Assembly (NCBI GenBank): GCA_045106415.1
Contig: JBGCEP010000004.1
Coordinates: 32,001 to 96,000, forward strand
Length of the DNA: 64,000 nt
DNA from: Oligoflexales bacterium
GTDB lineage: Bacteria > Bdellovibrionota_B > Oligoflexia > Oligoflexales > Bog-1112
Reading direction: 5' to 3'
Below are positions 50,566 through 60,781 of the stretch, piece after piece. Both the position numbers and the translations under genes were made by a program. Within the stretch, counting starts at the first letter, position 1, and the number at the start of each line of letters is the position of its first letter. The notes beneath the pieces are model-generated. The model was given only the letters and a program-made list of their open reading frames with translations. It was not told the DNA's origin and did no database searches.

Positions 50566-51804
50566 ATGGCCTTTATTTTAACACTGCTTATGGGATTACT
50601 TCCCCTTGCTCTTCAAGCTCAAGAGCTCCCTGAATATTTTGTGCCACCTAGGTCTGCAGCAATGGGGGGAGCTTCGGTTGGAGTTTCTCATGACGAATCT
50701 TCCATTTGGACAAATCCAGCAGGTATTGGCCGTATTAGAAAAGTCAGAGCAAGAAGCTCTGTTCATATGGTTAAAGTTCCTAACCTAGTCGGCGGCTCTA
50801 ATAACGAGGGTCGGCAGTTTTATAGCTCTTTTCAATCTCAAGCTGCTCTAAATCAGGACTCTAAGCCTTGGGAGAATATACAAAGAGTTATTGAAGCAAC
50901 AGAGTCCGCCTCTCAGCAAGCGATTTGGCTAAGAGCGTCTGCGAATCCAATCGTTTTTTTTGAAGCGGGAAAAAATACTCCTGTTGCAATAGGGCCCTAC
51001 ACGAATAATAAAGTGAAAAGTTGGATTGACCCTGCTGATTCTGGTCAAATACGGGTGGATACCATTTTAGATACAGGCGCTGTGCTGGGTCTTGGATTGC
51101 ATAATAGAACAAACAGGTGGAACCTGGGTCTCCAATTGAGGCCGATTCAAAGGTATGCCTTAGAGGATAAAATTCCTGTGTCGTTGCTAGACACAGCTCA
51201 GCGTTCAGAGCTTCAGAGCCGTATTGAAAGTAGTGCTAATATAGGGACGGCCCTTGCGATAGACGCAGGGATGATGTTTACCGTTGCTGATTACTGGTTT
51301 CCAACCTTGGGAATTGCTGTTTTTAATTTGCCAACGGGTTGTTATGAAAACTATTTAAATCCATACGATGCGACTCGTCATAGTATTTGTGGGACCGTCT
51401 TTAACGGAAGCGTTCGTAATAAAGAGGCTCTTTCGGTTGTGGATCCAACTGACATCCGAATTGGAGTCTCAATAATGCCCAGAATTTTTCGGAAAATAAC
51501 ACTGAGATTTGCCGCAGACTTACATCATCTTTACGTGACCGATGGAACCAACTTTTATGGGCTTCCAGGTCTAGAGCCCTTGAGACAACTACACGGAGGG
51601 GTCGAGGTTTTTGTCGGAAACCCACTGATGATCAGTCCATTTTCTGCGAGAATTGGGTTTGCACAAGGTTTCTTGTCAGGTGGGTTTGGCTTGAGGATGG
51701 GCTCATTTGCGCTGGATGCCACTTTTTATGGAGCGGATATATCTGAAAATGAGTCTCCCCGGGAAGATCGCAGGACGGTTGTGGGAGCTTCTTTAGAGTT
51801 TTGA
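50566..51804 (+). CDS. TraF-like/FadL-superfamily outer-membrane beta-barrel (paralog)
   Basis: RSAAMGGA......D......NPAG, A.DAG, YG.DI.....REDRR, terminal F. Confidence 0.7.
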   Translation: MAFILTLLMGLLPLALQAQELPEYFVPPRSAAMGGASVGVSHDESSIWTNPAGIGRIRKVRARSSVHMVKVPNLVGGSNNEGRQFYSSFQSQAALNQDSKPWENIQRVIEATESASQQAIWLRASANPIVFFEAGKNTPVAIGPYTNNKVKSWIDPADSGQIRVDTILDTGAVLGLGLHNRTNRWNLGLQLRPIQRYALEDKIPVSLLDTAQRSELQSRIESSANIGTALAIDAGMMFTVADYWFPTLGIAVFNLPTGCYENYLNPYDATRHSICGTVFNGSVRNKEALSVVDPTDIRIGVSIMPRIFRKITLRFAADLHHLYVTDGTNFYGLPGLEPLRQLHGGVEVFVGNPLMISPFSARIGFAQGFLSGGFGLRMGSFALDATFYGADISENESPREDRRTVVGASLEF

Positions 51805-51990
51805 CGTTTTGAAGTATTTTTCCATAAATATTTAACTTTGTTGATTTTTTAGAATATAATGAGAGCAGAATTTCACACTTTTAAGTGACTCTATCAAAAA
51901 AAAACCGCAGGTTTTTGAAGGCTTTTAAGTGGGATGTATGGTATCAATGGCAATGATTTTTGTTGATGAGTCGTGTTGTAGGGGATAAAA

Positions 51991-53001
51991 ATGCGCCTGT
52001 TAAGACTTCAAATAAAAACTTTAAGTATTGTAAGCTGTTTGCAAATGTCGGCTTGCATGACCCCATACCAAGAGGATGGAGTCTGGGATCGCTGGAGCGA
52101 GAGTGGCGCTGAAGAGGTGGAGCAAGTTGATGCTTCTGAGAGCGCAGACCTTGCTGAAGATATTCGACGTCTGAGTAAACTGGATAAACAACTCTCTGAA
52201 GATGAGTGGACGTATTTACAAGAACAAGTGGAAGATTATGGGGTAGGGCCTGAAAAAGATGCGCTTCAAGTTCTTGTCGCTGTGCGTCGCGCGTTATCAG
52301 ACGAGCATGTGGCAAACTCTAATGATTTAGAGTCTGTGGCTTCCCTTGAAGATATTGTGGCTGAATCTGCTCTGGATCTGCCCTCTGTATTAAAGAGCAA
52401 CCCTTATTTGATGAGTTCTGATTTTTATTCACTGGCTTTAAGAGCTGTGGAGCGTTCAGGCAATAGTCATGAGTTTCGAGAAAAAAGTTTGGAGTCAATT
52501 CGTCACCGGGCCCGGAGTTGGATGAGCTTAGGGCGAGCGCTGGGAATGGCAGATGAGGTGTCTCAAGATACAGCTGCTATTGGGGCTCAAGATAAACAAC
52601 CCGCTTTGCAGCAAATTTCGATTGAAGATATTGATCATGGAAATTTAGCGTTTGAGCAAGCTCAAAAAGTAGCAGAATCTGGGCAATACCAAGAAGCTAT
52701 TCGAATGTTAGAGAATCTTGCGCAAAGCTCTCCAGGACATAAAGTGATGGCGCAAGCAAAAATTAGAGATATCTGTAATCGCGCTGTTCAAGAGTTAAGA
52801 CAACAAGCGGCAACAGCCTTCCAAAATGCTGTGCCGATGAGCAATGAGCAAGCAAGAACTCGATACTTAAAGTCTGCACAAGAGCACTTACAGCAAGCTT
52901 TGACCTTGTATCCTGAGGCTGAAAACTTAGAGACTGTACGGGAAAATCTAGCTGTAATCAATTCGACTCTAGAGAGAATGACAGGTGACTCCGGAGCCTA
53001 G
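51991..53001 (+). CDS. Hypothetical lipoprotein with TPR-like helices
   Basis: Lipobox-like MSAC; GQYQEAIRML, ALTLYPE. Confidence 0.65.
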   Translation: MRLLRLQIKTLSIVSCLQMSACMTPYQEDGVWDRWSESGAEEVEQVDASESADLAEDIRRLSKLDKQLSEDEWTYLQEQVEDYGVGPEKDALQVLVAVRRALSDEHVANSNDLESVASLEDIVAESALDLPSVLKSNPYLMSSDFYSLALRAVERSGNSHEFREKSLESIRHRARSWMSLGRALGMADEVSQDTAAIGAQDKQPALQQISIEDIDHGNLAFEQAQKVAESGQYQEAIRMLENLAQSSPGHKVMAQAKIRDICNRAVQELRQQAATAFQNAVPMSNEQARTRYLKSAQEHLQQALTLYPEAENLETVRENLAVINSTLERMTGDSGA

Positions 53002-53006
53002 CTTTT

Positions 53007-53040
53007 TCGATGAGAGGCGCTTTTATTGCCCTCTCATCGA
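53007..53040. terminator. Stem-loop between convergent genes
   Basis: TCGATGAGAGG / CCTCTCATCGA 11-bp stem; U-tracts weak. Confidence 0.55.
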
Positions 53041-53042
53041 TC

Positions 53043-53486
53043 TTAAACTCTGTAATCGGCGTGAAGCTGAGACTCATAAATCGATTGACCTAAAAATAAA
53101 CTATCTCGAAATGGCGCTTCTGTGAGAGAAGGGTGTCTAATGCGCAAAGCGCGAATAGCATCTTCAGAGCTCATGAAAATAGGCCATTGTCGACAATAGT
53201 CATATGCATCAAAAACCCAACGATTTTTTTCCATAACACCGGCGAATAAAAACGGAGTGTGGAAACGTCTGCGCATTTGTAGCATGGACTCTAAAAAGGA
53301 TGAGCACACTCCTTGTTTGTCTTGAAAGTCTAAAACGACATAAGGGACTTCAGAAGTGACTACCCAGTTGTGAATAGATGCGGCAAGCTCACTGCATTCA
53401 GTGCAATGAGAGGCGGTTGAGGAGCATGACTGCTCAAGGTAGCAGACAACAGCGCCGTCAACCACTTTGGGAACGATTTCCATCAT
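53043..53486 (-). CDS. STAS/anti-sigma-antagonist-like protein
   Basis: VVLDFQDKQGVCSSFL and IFMSSEDAI resemble the STAS pattern; start MMEIVPK. Confidence 0.55.
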   Translation of the reverse strand: MMEIVPKVVDGAVVCYLEQSCSSTASHCTECSELAASIHNWVVTSEVPYVVLDFQDKQGVCSSFLESMLQMRRRFHTPFLFAGVMEKNRWVFDAYDYCRQWPIFMSSEDAIRALRIRHPSLTEAPFRDSLFLGQSIYESQLHADYRV

Positions 53487-53529
53487 GGGTTTCGCCTTAA
53501 TGTAATTATTTATTGGTTCGACAATTATT

Positions 53530-53955
53530 TTAACCGAACTGAAGCCATCGGTCGACCCACACCGCAATCACCTTTTTTTTTCGTTCGATATGCAAGGGGT
53601 CGTGAAGTTCTTTTTGAAACTCATAGCGCGAGGCAGTAGCGAGCCTTAAGACTTGTTCTTCTGTGCGAGCTTCAAATATTTTTGTGGTTGAGGTGAAGTG
53701 TACGCTGCGTTTCCCTATAAGTTTTAACAGTCGTTTGTCGTGTTCAGGGTCCAGAGTGTGAGTGTTAGACAGCTCGGATGATGTTGCGCTGCACTTGAGA
53801 GTGACGCTTGCGGTCCAAGACGTTTTCCCTTCGGCTGTGTGAGGAGTTGTTTCGATTTTTGCGATCCAAATGAGTCCTTCTCGATCTTTAAGTTCAAATT
53901 TTCGATAGTCATTTCGAGAAGAGCTGCGATAGGATTGAGGAGTTTGAAGTTCCAT
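53530..53955 (-). CDS. Hypothetical protein
   Basis: 141-aa ORF, ATG with AGGA RBS. Confidence 0.6.
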   Translation of the reverse strand: MELQTPQSYRSSSRNDYRKFELKDREGLIWIAKIETTPHTAEGKTSWTASVTLKCSATSSELSNTHTLDPEHDKRLLKLIGKRSVHFTSTTKIFEARTEEQVLRLATASRYEFQKELHDPLHIERKKKVIAVWVDRWLQFG

Positions 53956-53968
53956 AGTTGATCCTAAA

Positions 53969-54640
53969 ATGAGCGTGATGCAGATGAAGAAAATTTTAGC
54001 ATATTTTGTAAGTTGTCTTGTTTTGAATGCTTGTGCATATAGGTTTTCGAATTTGCATATGCGACCTCCTGTGATTGGTATGAAAAGTATTGGTATTGAA
54101 GCCGTTTTTGATAGCGGTCAGGTTGTCGTGCCTCACGAGCATTTATGGAGTGGGTTACAAGAGGCTTTCGCTTCAAATGGTATTTTGCGCGTGACATCTA
54201 TTGATACTGCAGATGCTTATTTGAAGGTTCATTTGAAAGATACCTTCATCGTTCCGGGTGAGCCTCAACAGTTAGGTGAGGAAGAAGACCCTAAGTTTCC
54301 AAATCATGAAATTGTTGAACGAGGTGCGAATCAAGTTCCAACAGGCCGCCTACTATATGAACCTAGAGTCCCTTCTGAGTACTCTAGGCTTTCTCGGGCA
54401 TTGTACTACTCAGACCACGAACAAATAGGTTTTGTGATTGATGTTGAGCTTTGGGATACGAGGACAGCGTCCAAAGTCTTAAGTAAAAGCTACCCTGTGT
54501 CAGGGCGTTATCCTGTTTTGGATACCACAACAGTGGTTGAAGATCGCTCTTTGCGTGCTTTGGAGAGCCGAGAGTTTCAAATACAGAACATGCTGAAGCC
54601 AGTTGTTCTTCATATTGTGCAAGATGTTTTACGCGGCTAA
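53969..54640 (+). CDS. lptE: LPS assembly lipoprotein LptE-like
   Basis: LNAC-AYRF lipobox (CGY/CAY type), ADAYL.V, C-terminal amphipathic helix. Confidence 0.7.
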   Translation: MSVMQMKKILAYFVSCLVLNACAYRFSNLHMRPPVIGMKSIGIEAVFDSGQVVVPHEHLWSGLQEAFASNGILRVTSIDTADAYLKVHLKDTFIVPGEPQQLGEEEDPKFPNHEIVERGANQVPTGRLLYEPRVPSEYSRLSRALYYSDHEQIGFVIDVELWDTRTASKVLSKSYPVSGRYPVLDTTTVVEDRSLRALESREFQIQNMLKPVVLHIVQDVLRG

Positions 54641-54653
54641 AAGAATTGTGAAC

Positions 54654-57600
54654 TTAGCCTTTATCTTGGTTTTGTGGGAGCTCTCTTGTAAGTGCTGTGG
54701 CCATATTTCCAAATGAGCGTGTTTGTGGGCCAAAATGGACGACAAGATTGAGCGTGTAGTTAGGGTGACGTTCATCTTGTTCAAATTCTTTTTGCCTTGC
54801 GAGTTGCAATCCCCAACATTGAGATGGGGAAGTGTAGCTTGCACCTAGTGCTTTTCTGTATGTTGGTTTGTCCTGACCTTCTGTGATTCTTTGGGTGTAT
54901 TCAAAGCGTAGGTGAACATTGGAAATCATGTATGACTGGGTGTGGATAGACTTTGATAATGTGCGAGCACTTTGTAGCTGATCTGTGTGCCCTGTGACTT
55001 TTCTTTCTATGACATATCCGAAATTGAAGTGGTTTTTATAAAACTCAGGTGGTGTGACGGTAATTGCCATGTGTGGAGTGATTCTGTTGTAGATATCGTA
55101 TGTAAATGTAGAGTTTAAACTCCATTGCTTCCAATGAAAGTTTAAATGGCTGTAAATAGGAGACCAAGGTTGAATGAGTTCTGAGTATGGGACTCTTTGT
55201 GCAAGAAGAGCTGTGGCAGATTCTAATGTATCAGCAGTATCAGCCTGTTGTTCAAGGTGCTTGTTGTTTGAGAGTTGAGCGGTACGGCGAATTTCTTTCA
55301 AGCGATCCCAGCTGGTCTCAGCGTCGAAATGCAAAGGTGTTTGATGACCGACTTCTGTGCGACGGTAACGATGGCTAATCCACTGTTTTTTTGTCATAAG
55401 TTTATCGACAGAGCGAATTGGTTGGTCGAGCTGGAATAAAAGTTCTCGCTCTGCTTGTTGTAGAATTGTTTCGTGAGCCGGTGATGTCGTATTTGCTCCT
55501 GGGACTTGGCCCCACTGCTGTTTAAATATTTGCCAATCATGGTTCGTGTGAAACACGATTCTTTGGTGTGGAATCATTGCATGTTCATCAGGTATAAAAC
55601 CGATAGCACGATTGGCAGCATAATCTTTTCTATCTGAAGAATAGTAGAGTAAGCGAGATGAGTTGGAGTTGTTTGCAATGGCAAATTGATTGCCATAATC
55701 TCCTGTGCGGATCGCTACAGGGCGTGCTGAGAGTTGTAACCCCCAATTCATTGTGTGGCGGATGTGGCTATGGCCTGTTCCAGGCTTGAGCCAAGGGGCT
55801 GACCCGACCCCATCGAGTGGAAGGTTAAAGTTCCAACCAAATCTCCAACTTTGAATCATGCCAGACCCGGCAGATGAACTCTGTATGGTACGTACCTCCG
55901 CATCGGCAAATTGGTCAATTCTTACAATTTGATCACTGACAACTGGGAGGGCAAGGTTGAGAGAAGAACGTCTCCAGGCCCCGTCACCAAGAGTGCGTAG
56001 TTGACCTCTGTAGTCAGGCCAAATATTTTGGATCTTTTGAGCATCGAGACCTAGGGAAAAATAAACTGGATGAGGTAGATAGCGATCTCCAAATGAAAAC
56101 AATCTTGTACGCATTTTTAAGCGGGCTGGAATTTGAAAACCATGATAGCGATTGTGTGTTGAAGTCATATTGTCAGTGTAGTGGGAACCTAGGCCAATAT
56201 AGATATCAGAATGATCAAAGTGAGATTGGATGTTTGTATTTGCAAAAGCAAAAACTTTACGACCATTTAGAGCACTGACATAGTCTGTTGGTACAAAAAC
56301 ATCACCGGCGTAGCGATGGTCAGAATGAATATCTCCATCACTGCTGAAAGAAAGTCGAGGTGTGATGCGAATTAAGCTTTCCCATTTCAACCTGCCTCGC
56401 CAAGAATTGAGTTCTGTTGTTAGTGGCTCTTGGATGGATTGTTCAATACACTCTAGAGAGTCTTCTCCTTGTGTCAGGCAAGCCGAAAGGCCGTTCCGCT
56501 CCCACCATCGTGGAGAAGAAAGTCTTTGAATATTAATTTCATTTTTATTTGCTTGATAATGCACTGGGTCATCCAGTGCTGCGGTTTCTATTCGAGGATT
56601 GTTTTTAGCTGTGTCGAGAGCCATTGTGTAGGAGTTTAAAAGTTGGCTTCGTTGTGCTCTTTGTTCTAGCCATTGTTGGTCTCTTAAAGCTTCGATGTGA
56701 AGATTCCATCCAGAATGCTGACGAAGTTTTACACGGTTTTCTAGGTCGACACGCAGCCCGCGTTTTTCAATAAAAGTAGATGTGATTGTTGCGTCTGTTT
56801 GAGGTGAAAAAGCAAAAAATATAGGTAAAGAGATCATATTACCGTTGATCCCTTGGTGTGTAATTGTTGGAAGGAGGAGTCCTGATTGTCGACGATCTTT
56901 AAGAGGGATCATCAGCCAAGGGAGGTAAAGGATTGGGATTCCTTTTATATGTAGAATAGGGTTTTGCATGAAAGCATACCCACCAGGTCGTGCAGAAATA
57001 TGTGAAGAAGAAAACCCCCAAGCAGGAGACTCGTCCCTTGAGCAACGACAAGGGGACCAAGAGGCTTGAGTTGCATCAATTTGACTATAGTCCGATCGTA
57101 CGATTTGATCACCTTTGAGGCGAAAATAGGTTCCTTGAGAGAATTCCTTTGCGCCCATAGGGTCAATTGCATTTTCTATGGTTTGACGTCGCCTCTTATA
57201 AAGTTCTCGTTTTTTTGTAGATACAGCCTCGAAATGTGGATTAGGTTGACGTTGAATCATTTCTTCTTGCTCAAGAAGCAGAGCGTATTGTTTGATGAAT
57301 GTTTTTGTCAGAGGTGTGTTTATGTGGTTTGCGTATGCTGTACGAAGATTTTCTTTACGTTGAGCCATATTTTGTAATTGCTGCTGTTTTGCAAGTTCAA
57401 AATCGAGTTCTTTTTGTGTTATTCCTAAAAGCTCATCTCTAATTTGAGAGGTTTGTTGCTCATCTCCCGCAATGAGTTCTGCTTTTGTGAGTGTGAAATC
57501 ATCGCTGTCTAACTTGTGTTCTAGTGTTTCACCAAAAAATGCTTGAGATTTTCCGACAACTAAAACATGCCCAGTTGCGATGAAAACTTGGCGCACACGG

Positions 57601-57824
57601 TCGACTTCGATGCTCTCAGCTCGAATCATTGTCCCGGATCTCATAGCAACAACATGGCCTTCAAATTTTTGCCGAAGTCCATCTTTATTGATAGAGGTCT
57701 GATCTGCATCAAAAAAAATCTTAGGTTCCGCTCTGAGTGAGCTATAGAAGCAGACAAAGGTCAAAAAAAAGGCATACGCAGCCAGGTGTATTGAGCTTTG
57801 TGGGTTGTTGATTTTGCTAGTCAC
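54654..57824 (-). CDS. lptD: LPS-assembly protein LptD (enlarged)
   Basis: OstA-like N-terminus (FEGHV, IRAESI, ATGHV), SPCRC...PAW, P..YLP...PL..RRQSGLL.P, KRG, QCW. Confidence 0.85.
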   Translation of the reverse strand: MTSKINNPQSSIHLAAYAFFLTFVCFYSSLRAEPKIFFDADQTSINKDGLRQKFEGHVVAMRSGTMIRAESIEVDRVRQVFIATGHVLVVGKSQAFFGETLEHKLDSDDFTLTKAELIAGDEQQTSQIRDELLGITQKELDFELAKQQQLQNMAQRKENLRTAYANHINTPLTKTFIKQYALLLEQEEMIQRQPNPHFEAVSTKKRELYKRRRQTIENAIDPMGAKEFSQGTYFRLKGDQIVRSDYSQIDATQASWSPCRCSRDESPAWGFSSSHISARPGGYAFMQNPILHIKGIPILYLPWLMIPLKDRRQSGLLLPTITHQGINGNMISLPIFFAFSPQTDATITSTFIEKRGLRVDLENRVKLRQHSGWNLHIEALRDQQWLEQRAQRSQLLNSYTMALDTAKNNPRIETAALDDPVHYQANKNEINIQRLSSPRWWERNGLSACLTQGEDSLECIEQSIQEPLTTELNSWRGRLKWESLIRITPRLSFSSDGDIHSDHRYAGDVFVPTDYVSALNGRKVFAFANTNIQSHFDHSDIYIGLGSHYTDNMTSTHNRYHGFQIPARLKMRTRLFSFGDRYLPHPVYFSLGLDAQKIQNIWPDYRGQLRTLGDGAWRRSSLNLALPVVSDQIVRIDQFADAEVRTIQSSSAGSGMIQSWRFGWNFNLPLDGVGSAPWLKPGTGHSHIRHTMNWGLQLSARPVAIRTGDYGNQFAIANNSNSSRLLYYSSDRKDYAANRAIGFIPDEHAMIPHQRIVFHTNHDWQIFKQQWGQVPGANTTSPAHETILQQAERELLFQLDQPIRSVDKLMTKKQWISHRYRRTEVGHQTPLHFDAETSWDRLKEIRRTAQLSNNKHLEQQADTADTLESATALLAQRVPYSELIQPWSPIYSHLNFHWKQWSLNSTFTYDIYNRITPHMAITVTPPEFYKNHFNFGYVIERKVTGHTDQLQSARTLSKSIHTQSYMISNVHLRFEYTQRITEGQDKPTYRKALGASYTSPSQCWGLQLARQKEFEQDERHPNYTLNLVVHFGPQTRSFGNMATALTRELPQNQDKG

Positions 57825-58096
57825 ATCGCCTCACAAAAAACTACTGTATGAAGTTTTACAAAACCAAATTACATCGTCCATCCTTAACATCCATGGTCCA
57901 ATAGATCAATTTTAAACTGTGGAAGTCTCAGTGTTTATAGGTGGTTGTTGAATTCTTTTGGGGGTGAAGACTGAGGTCATGAAATTTGATTAATTTTGAT
58001 GTAATGTTCTTTTCTTTTCTTTACTTTTCAAGAGAAACTCTGATTCACCGTGTGAGTGAGTTGTGAATTTTAAAATATTCATCTTAGGTATAAAAT

Positions 58097-59344
58097 ATGA
58101 AGAATTTATTTTTAATTTTTTTGATGTGTTCTTATACCCTGGAAGGGTCACCAACAAAGCGTAAAGCTTCTTCAGAGCCTTTATGGACTTCGCATGTAGC
58201 ACTTGAGGTGTTGAGTCATTTTGTCATCCCAAGTCTGGCTGAAGTTAAAGTTGAGGATCGTTGGTGTCGGCAAACCCTAGAAAATGGAGACTGTATTTGG
58301 AAACCTTTGTGGATAGGAACTTCTGAAGATTTAAAATCAATACATGCTTTACGGCAAAGCTGTCGCGCTATAAAAGAACGAGTTGATTTTTACGGACGTT
58401 CTGAGCATTGCTCTCCTGCCTCACTGGTGCTTCAATCATCGGATTTTGATGCGGTAGCACGGAGTTTCTTGTCGTCTAAAAAGTCATCCCCATCGGGTGT
58501 TGTTGACTGTGAAATGTCTCAACAAAGTAACATTTTTCATTCTGATTATGTGGGGTTTTTGCGCTTTGAAGGTCTTTATAATGATGTTTCTTTTGAACAA
58601 ACTTTATTGAGTTTACATCCTTTTCATGTGTTGAATTTTTTAGATAAATATAAAAATGATCTCAGAAGAATGTCTGAAGATGATTTTCGTGGATTGCTTG
58701 AAAGAGTTTTTATGGCAATGGAAAACCGCCTGCATGAAGGTCCAGGAGGCTTTGCTTCCTATGCAACAAAGCCGTTTTTTCAAGCTGTCATGTGGTCCAC
58801 GGCGCATTCTTTACTGAAAAATTTTTATGCCCATTCACCTGTCGGTAATCATGCTCAGGGTTTGTGTTTATTTGCAGATGAAAACCTTGTCTCTTGTAGC
58901 GCTAAAAGTTATTTGGGTTTAACCCCTTATGGGCAGCCGGGTTTAGTGAAATTTCATAGTTTATTGAAAAAATTTTGGTCGTTATTTGCGCAAGTTCCCA
59001 CAGGTCGTCTTAATCAGCTATCGATTCACCAGCATGTGGCTGTAGACCCATCTATAGAAGTTGACCCTAGAGCTGTAGAGCAGTACTTGATTCAACCTCA
59101 TGAAATAGAGGTTCTCTTGAGATTTGCTGCACAAAGGCAAGCAGGAATGTTTCCTATTTACCTTTATCAGACATGGCTGGGGATTTATCGTATGAGCGGC
59201 GAAGATACTCTGATGAACTCATCGTTATTTGAAGAAGAGACAAGACTACCTATTTTAGCTGTTTTACTTCAGGTCTGGAAAATTGTACGTGATCATCCAG
59301 AAATGCAAGTAGAACTCAAGCAGCATATGCAGGTTGAGGGATGA
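58097..59344 (+). CDS. Secreted hypothetical protein (possible F-box-like N-terminal motif)
   Basis: Signal peptide; 415-aa ORF. Confidence 0.65.
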   Translation: MKNLFLIFLMCSYTLEGSPTKRKASSEPLWTSHVALEVLSHFVIPSLAEVKVEDRWCRQTLENGDCIWKPLWIGTSEDLKSIHALRQSCRAIKERVDFYGRSEHCSPASLVLQSSDFDAVARSFLSSKKSSPSGVVDCEMSQQSNIFHSDYVGFLRFEGLYNDVSFEQTLLSLHPFHVLNFLDKYKNDLRRMSEDDFRGLLERVFMAMENRLHEGPGGFASYATKPFFQAVMWSTAHSLLKNFYAHSPVGNHAQGLCLFADENLVSCSAKSYLGLTPYGQPGLVKFHSLLKKFWSLFAQVPTGRLNQLSIHQHVAVDPSIEVDPRAVEQYLIQPHEIEVLLRFAAQRQAGMFPIYLYQTWLGIYRMSGEDTLMNSSLFEEETRLPILAVLLQVWKIVRDHPEMQVELKQHMQVEG

Positions 59345-59603
59345 TTTAAAGTATGTTTGTGTGAGGTTTTTTTCGTTGAAAATAAAAAAGAGAAAAGTAA
59401 TAACAGCTTTATATCAAGCCATACTTTTGAAAAGAGTGATAGAGGCCATAGAAAAAAAGATGATTTGATAGGTGAGGCAATTTTTTTTAGTGAATCACTT
59501 TTAATGGAATTCATTTGATTTAAAGAGTTGAAAACTATATCTCATTTGTACCATTTTGTATGGTCATGAAAATGAGAAAGTGTGATTTTTAATATGGTGA
59601 TTC

Positions 59604-60218
59604 GTGAGTTTTTATTTAGAGGTAGAGATGTTGGAAAATAGTGCTGATTTTTGCTCAGCTTGGGAAGCTGGTCAGATTTGTTTACACCCGACGGATACTT
59701 TACCAGGTTTGAGTGTTGATCTTAAAAATATGGACGCCGTCGCACGTTTTTCAAAATGGAAGGGGCGTGCGATAGATAAGCCCTGGGTTCACTTAGCAGC
59801 GAATGAACAACAAGCGTTTGCATCTTGGGAGCCGCTACCAGGAGGGTGGGAAGATTATTTGCAAATTTTGTGGCCTGCCTCGTTGAGTGTTGTGTGGCAC
59901 GAGAGGATGACAGGAAAAACAGTTTGTTTCCGCGTACCGAAACATGTTCCTGGATGGTTACAATCTTCAATTCTTCAAACAGGCCCGTTGCCGACAACAA
60001 GTTTTAATTATGCAGGTGAAGACCCTGTGTGTGGCTGGAATACAGCAGCTGAAAAAGCAAAAAGCTTTGGCTTTTACACGCCATTGGGTCATTACAACCA
60101 TCAACAAAAACCATCAACGGTGATTCAAATTGTCTCTGCTGATCAATACAAAGTTTTACGAGCAGGTTGTGTTTCTGTAGAGAGCATTGAAGCTGTCGTA
60201 GGGAAAAAAGGCTTATGA
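59604..60218 (+). CDS. tsaC: Sua5/YrdC threonylcarbamoyl-AMP synthase-like; start may be ATG 59628
   Basis: PTDT..GL, K.R...KP, WP, FRVP, TSFN (STSAN variant), PSTVI, LRAG. Confidence 0.8.
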   Translation: MSFYLEVEMLENSADFCSAWEAGQICLHPTDTLPGLSVDLKNMDAVARFSKWKGRAIDKPWVHLAANEQQAFASWEPLPGGWEDYLQILWPASLSVVWHERMTGKTVCFRVPKHVPGWLQSSILQTGPLPTTSFNYAGEDPVCGWNTAAEKAKSFGFYTPLGHYNHQQKPSTVIQIVSADQYKVLRAGCVSVESIEAVVGKKGL

Positions 60219-60781
60219 TGAAAAAAAATTGGATTTTAGCGAGTACGTCTCCACGAAGAAAAGAGCTTCTTTTAACAATATGTGAAAGTTTTAAAATATG
60301 TTCACCTGATTTTGAAGAAAAGTGGCGTGGAGAAGAGCCTAAGGATTATGTTCTTGGAAACGCTGTGGGAAAAGGGCGATCCATTGATATACAAGAAAAT
60401 GATGTTCTTGTGAGTGCTGATACTATTGTCGTTCTTGATCAAAAGATTTTAGAGAAACCTAAAACCCCACAGCATGCGATTGAAATGTTGAAAGAACTTT
60501 CTGGAAAAACACATAATGTGATGACAGGTTTTTTTGTGAGAACTCAATCCTCAGAGTATTCACAAGTTGTTGTCACAGAGGTTGAATTTCGGGAGATTTC
60601 TCAAAAAGAGATTGAAGTGTACGTTGCTACGGGTGAACCTATGGATAAAGCTGGTTCTTACGGAATTCAAGGGAGAGCAAGTTCCATGGTGGCTCAAATT
60701 CGTGGCTCATACACCAATGTTATGGGTTTGCCTCTAGCTGAACTGATTAAAGTGACTGATTTAGGACTGGGCTTGAGCTGA
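60215..60781 (+). CDS. maf: Maf nucleoside-triphosphate pyrophosphatase
   Basis: ILASTSPRRKELL, ADTIV, LEKP, DKAGSYGIQG, NVMGLP. Confidence 0.95.
   Translation: MMKKNWILASTSPRRKELLLTICESFKICSPDFEEKWRGEEPKDYVLGNAVGKGRSIDIQENDVLVSADTIVVLDQKILEKPKTPQHAIEMLKELSGKTHNVMTGFFVRTQSSEYSQVVVTEVEFREISQKEIEVYVATGEPMDKAGSYGIQGRASSMVAQIRGSYTNVMGLPLAELIKVTDLGLGLS

Noticed and set aside
59293..59514. 73-aa minus-strand ORF in an AT-rich gap
   Set aside because: No RBS or recognisable motif; overlaps the end of the upstream gene
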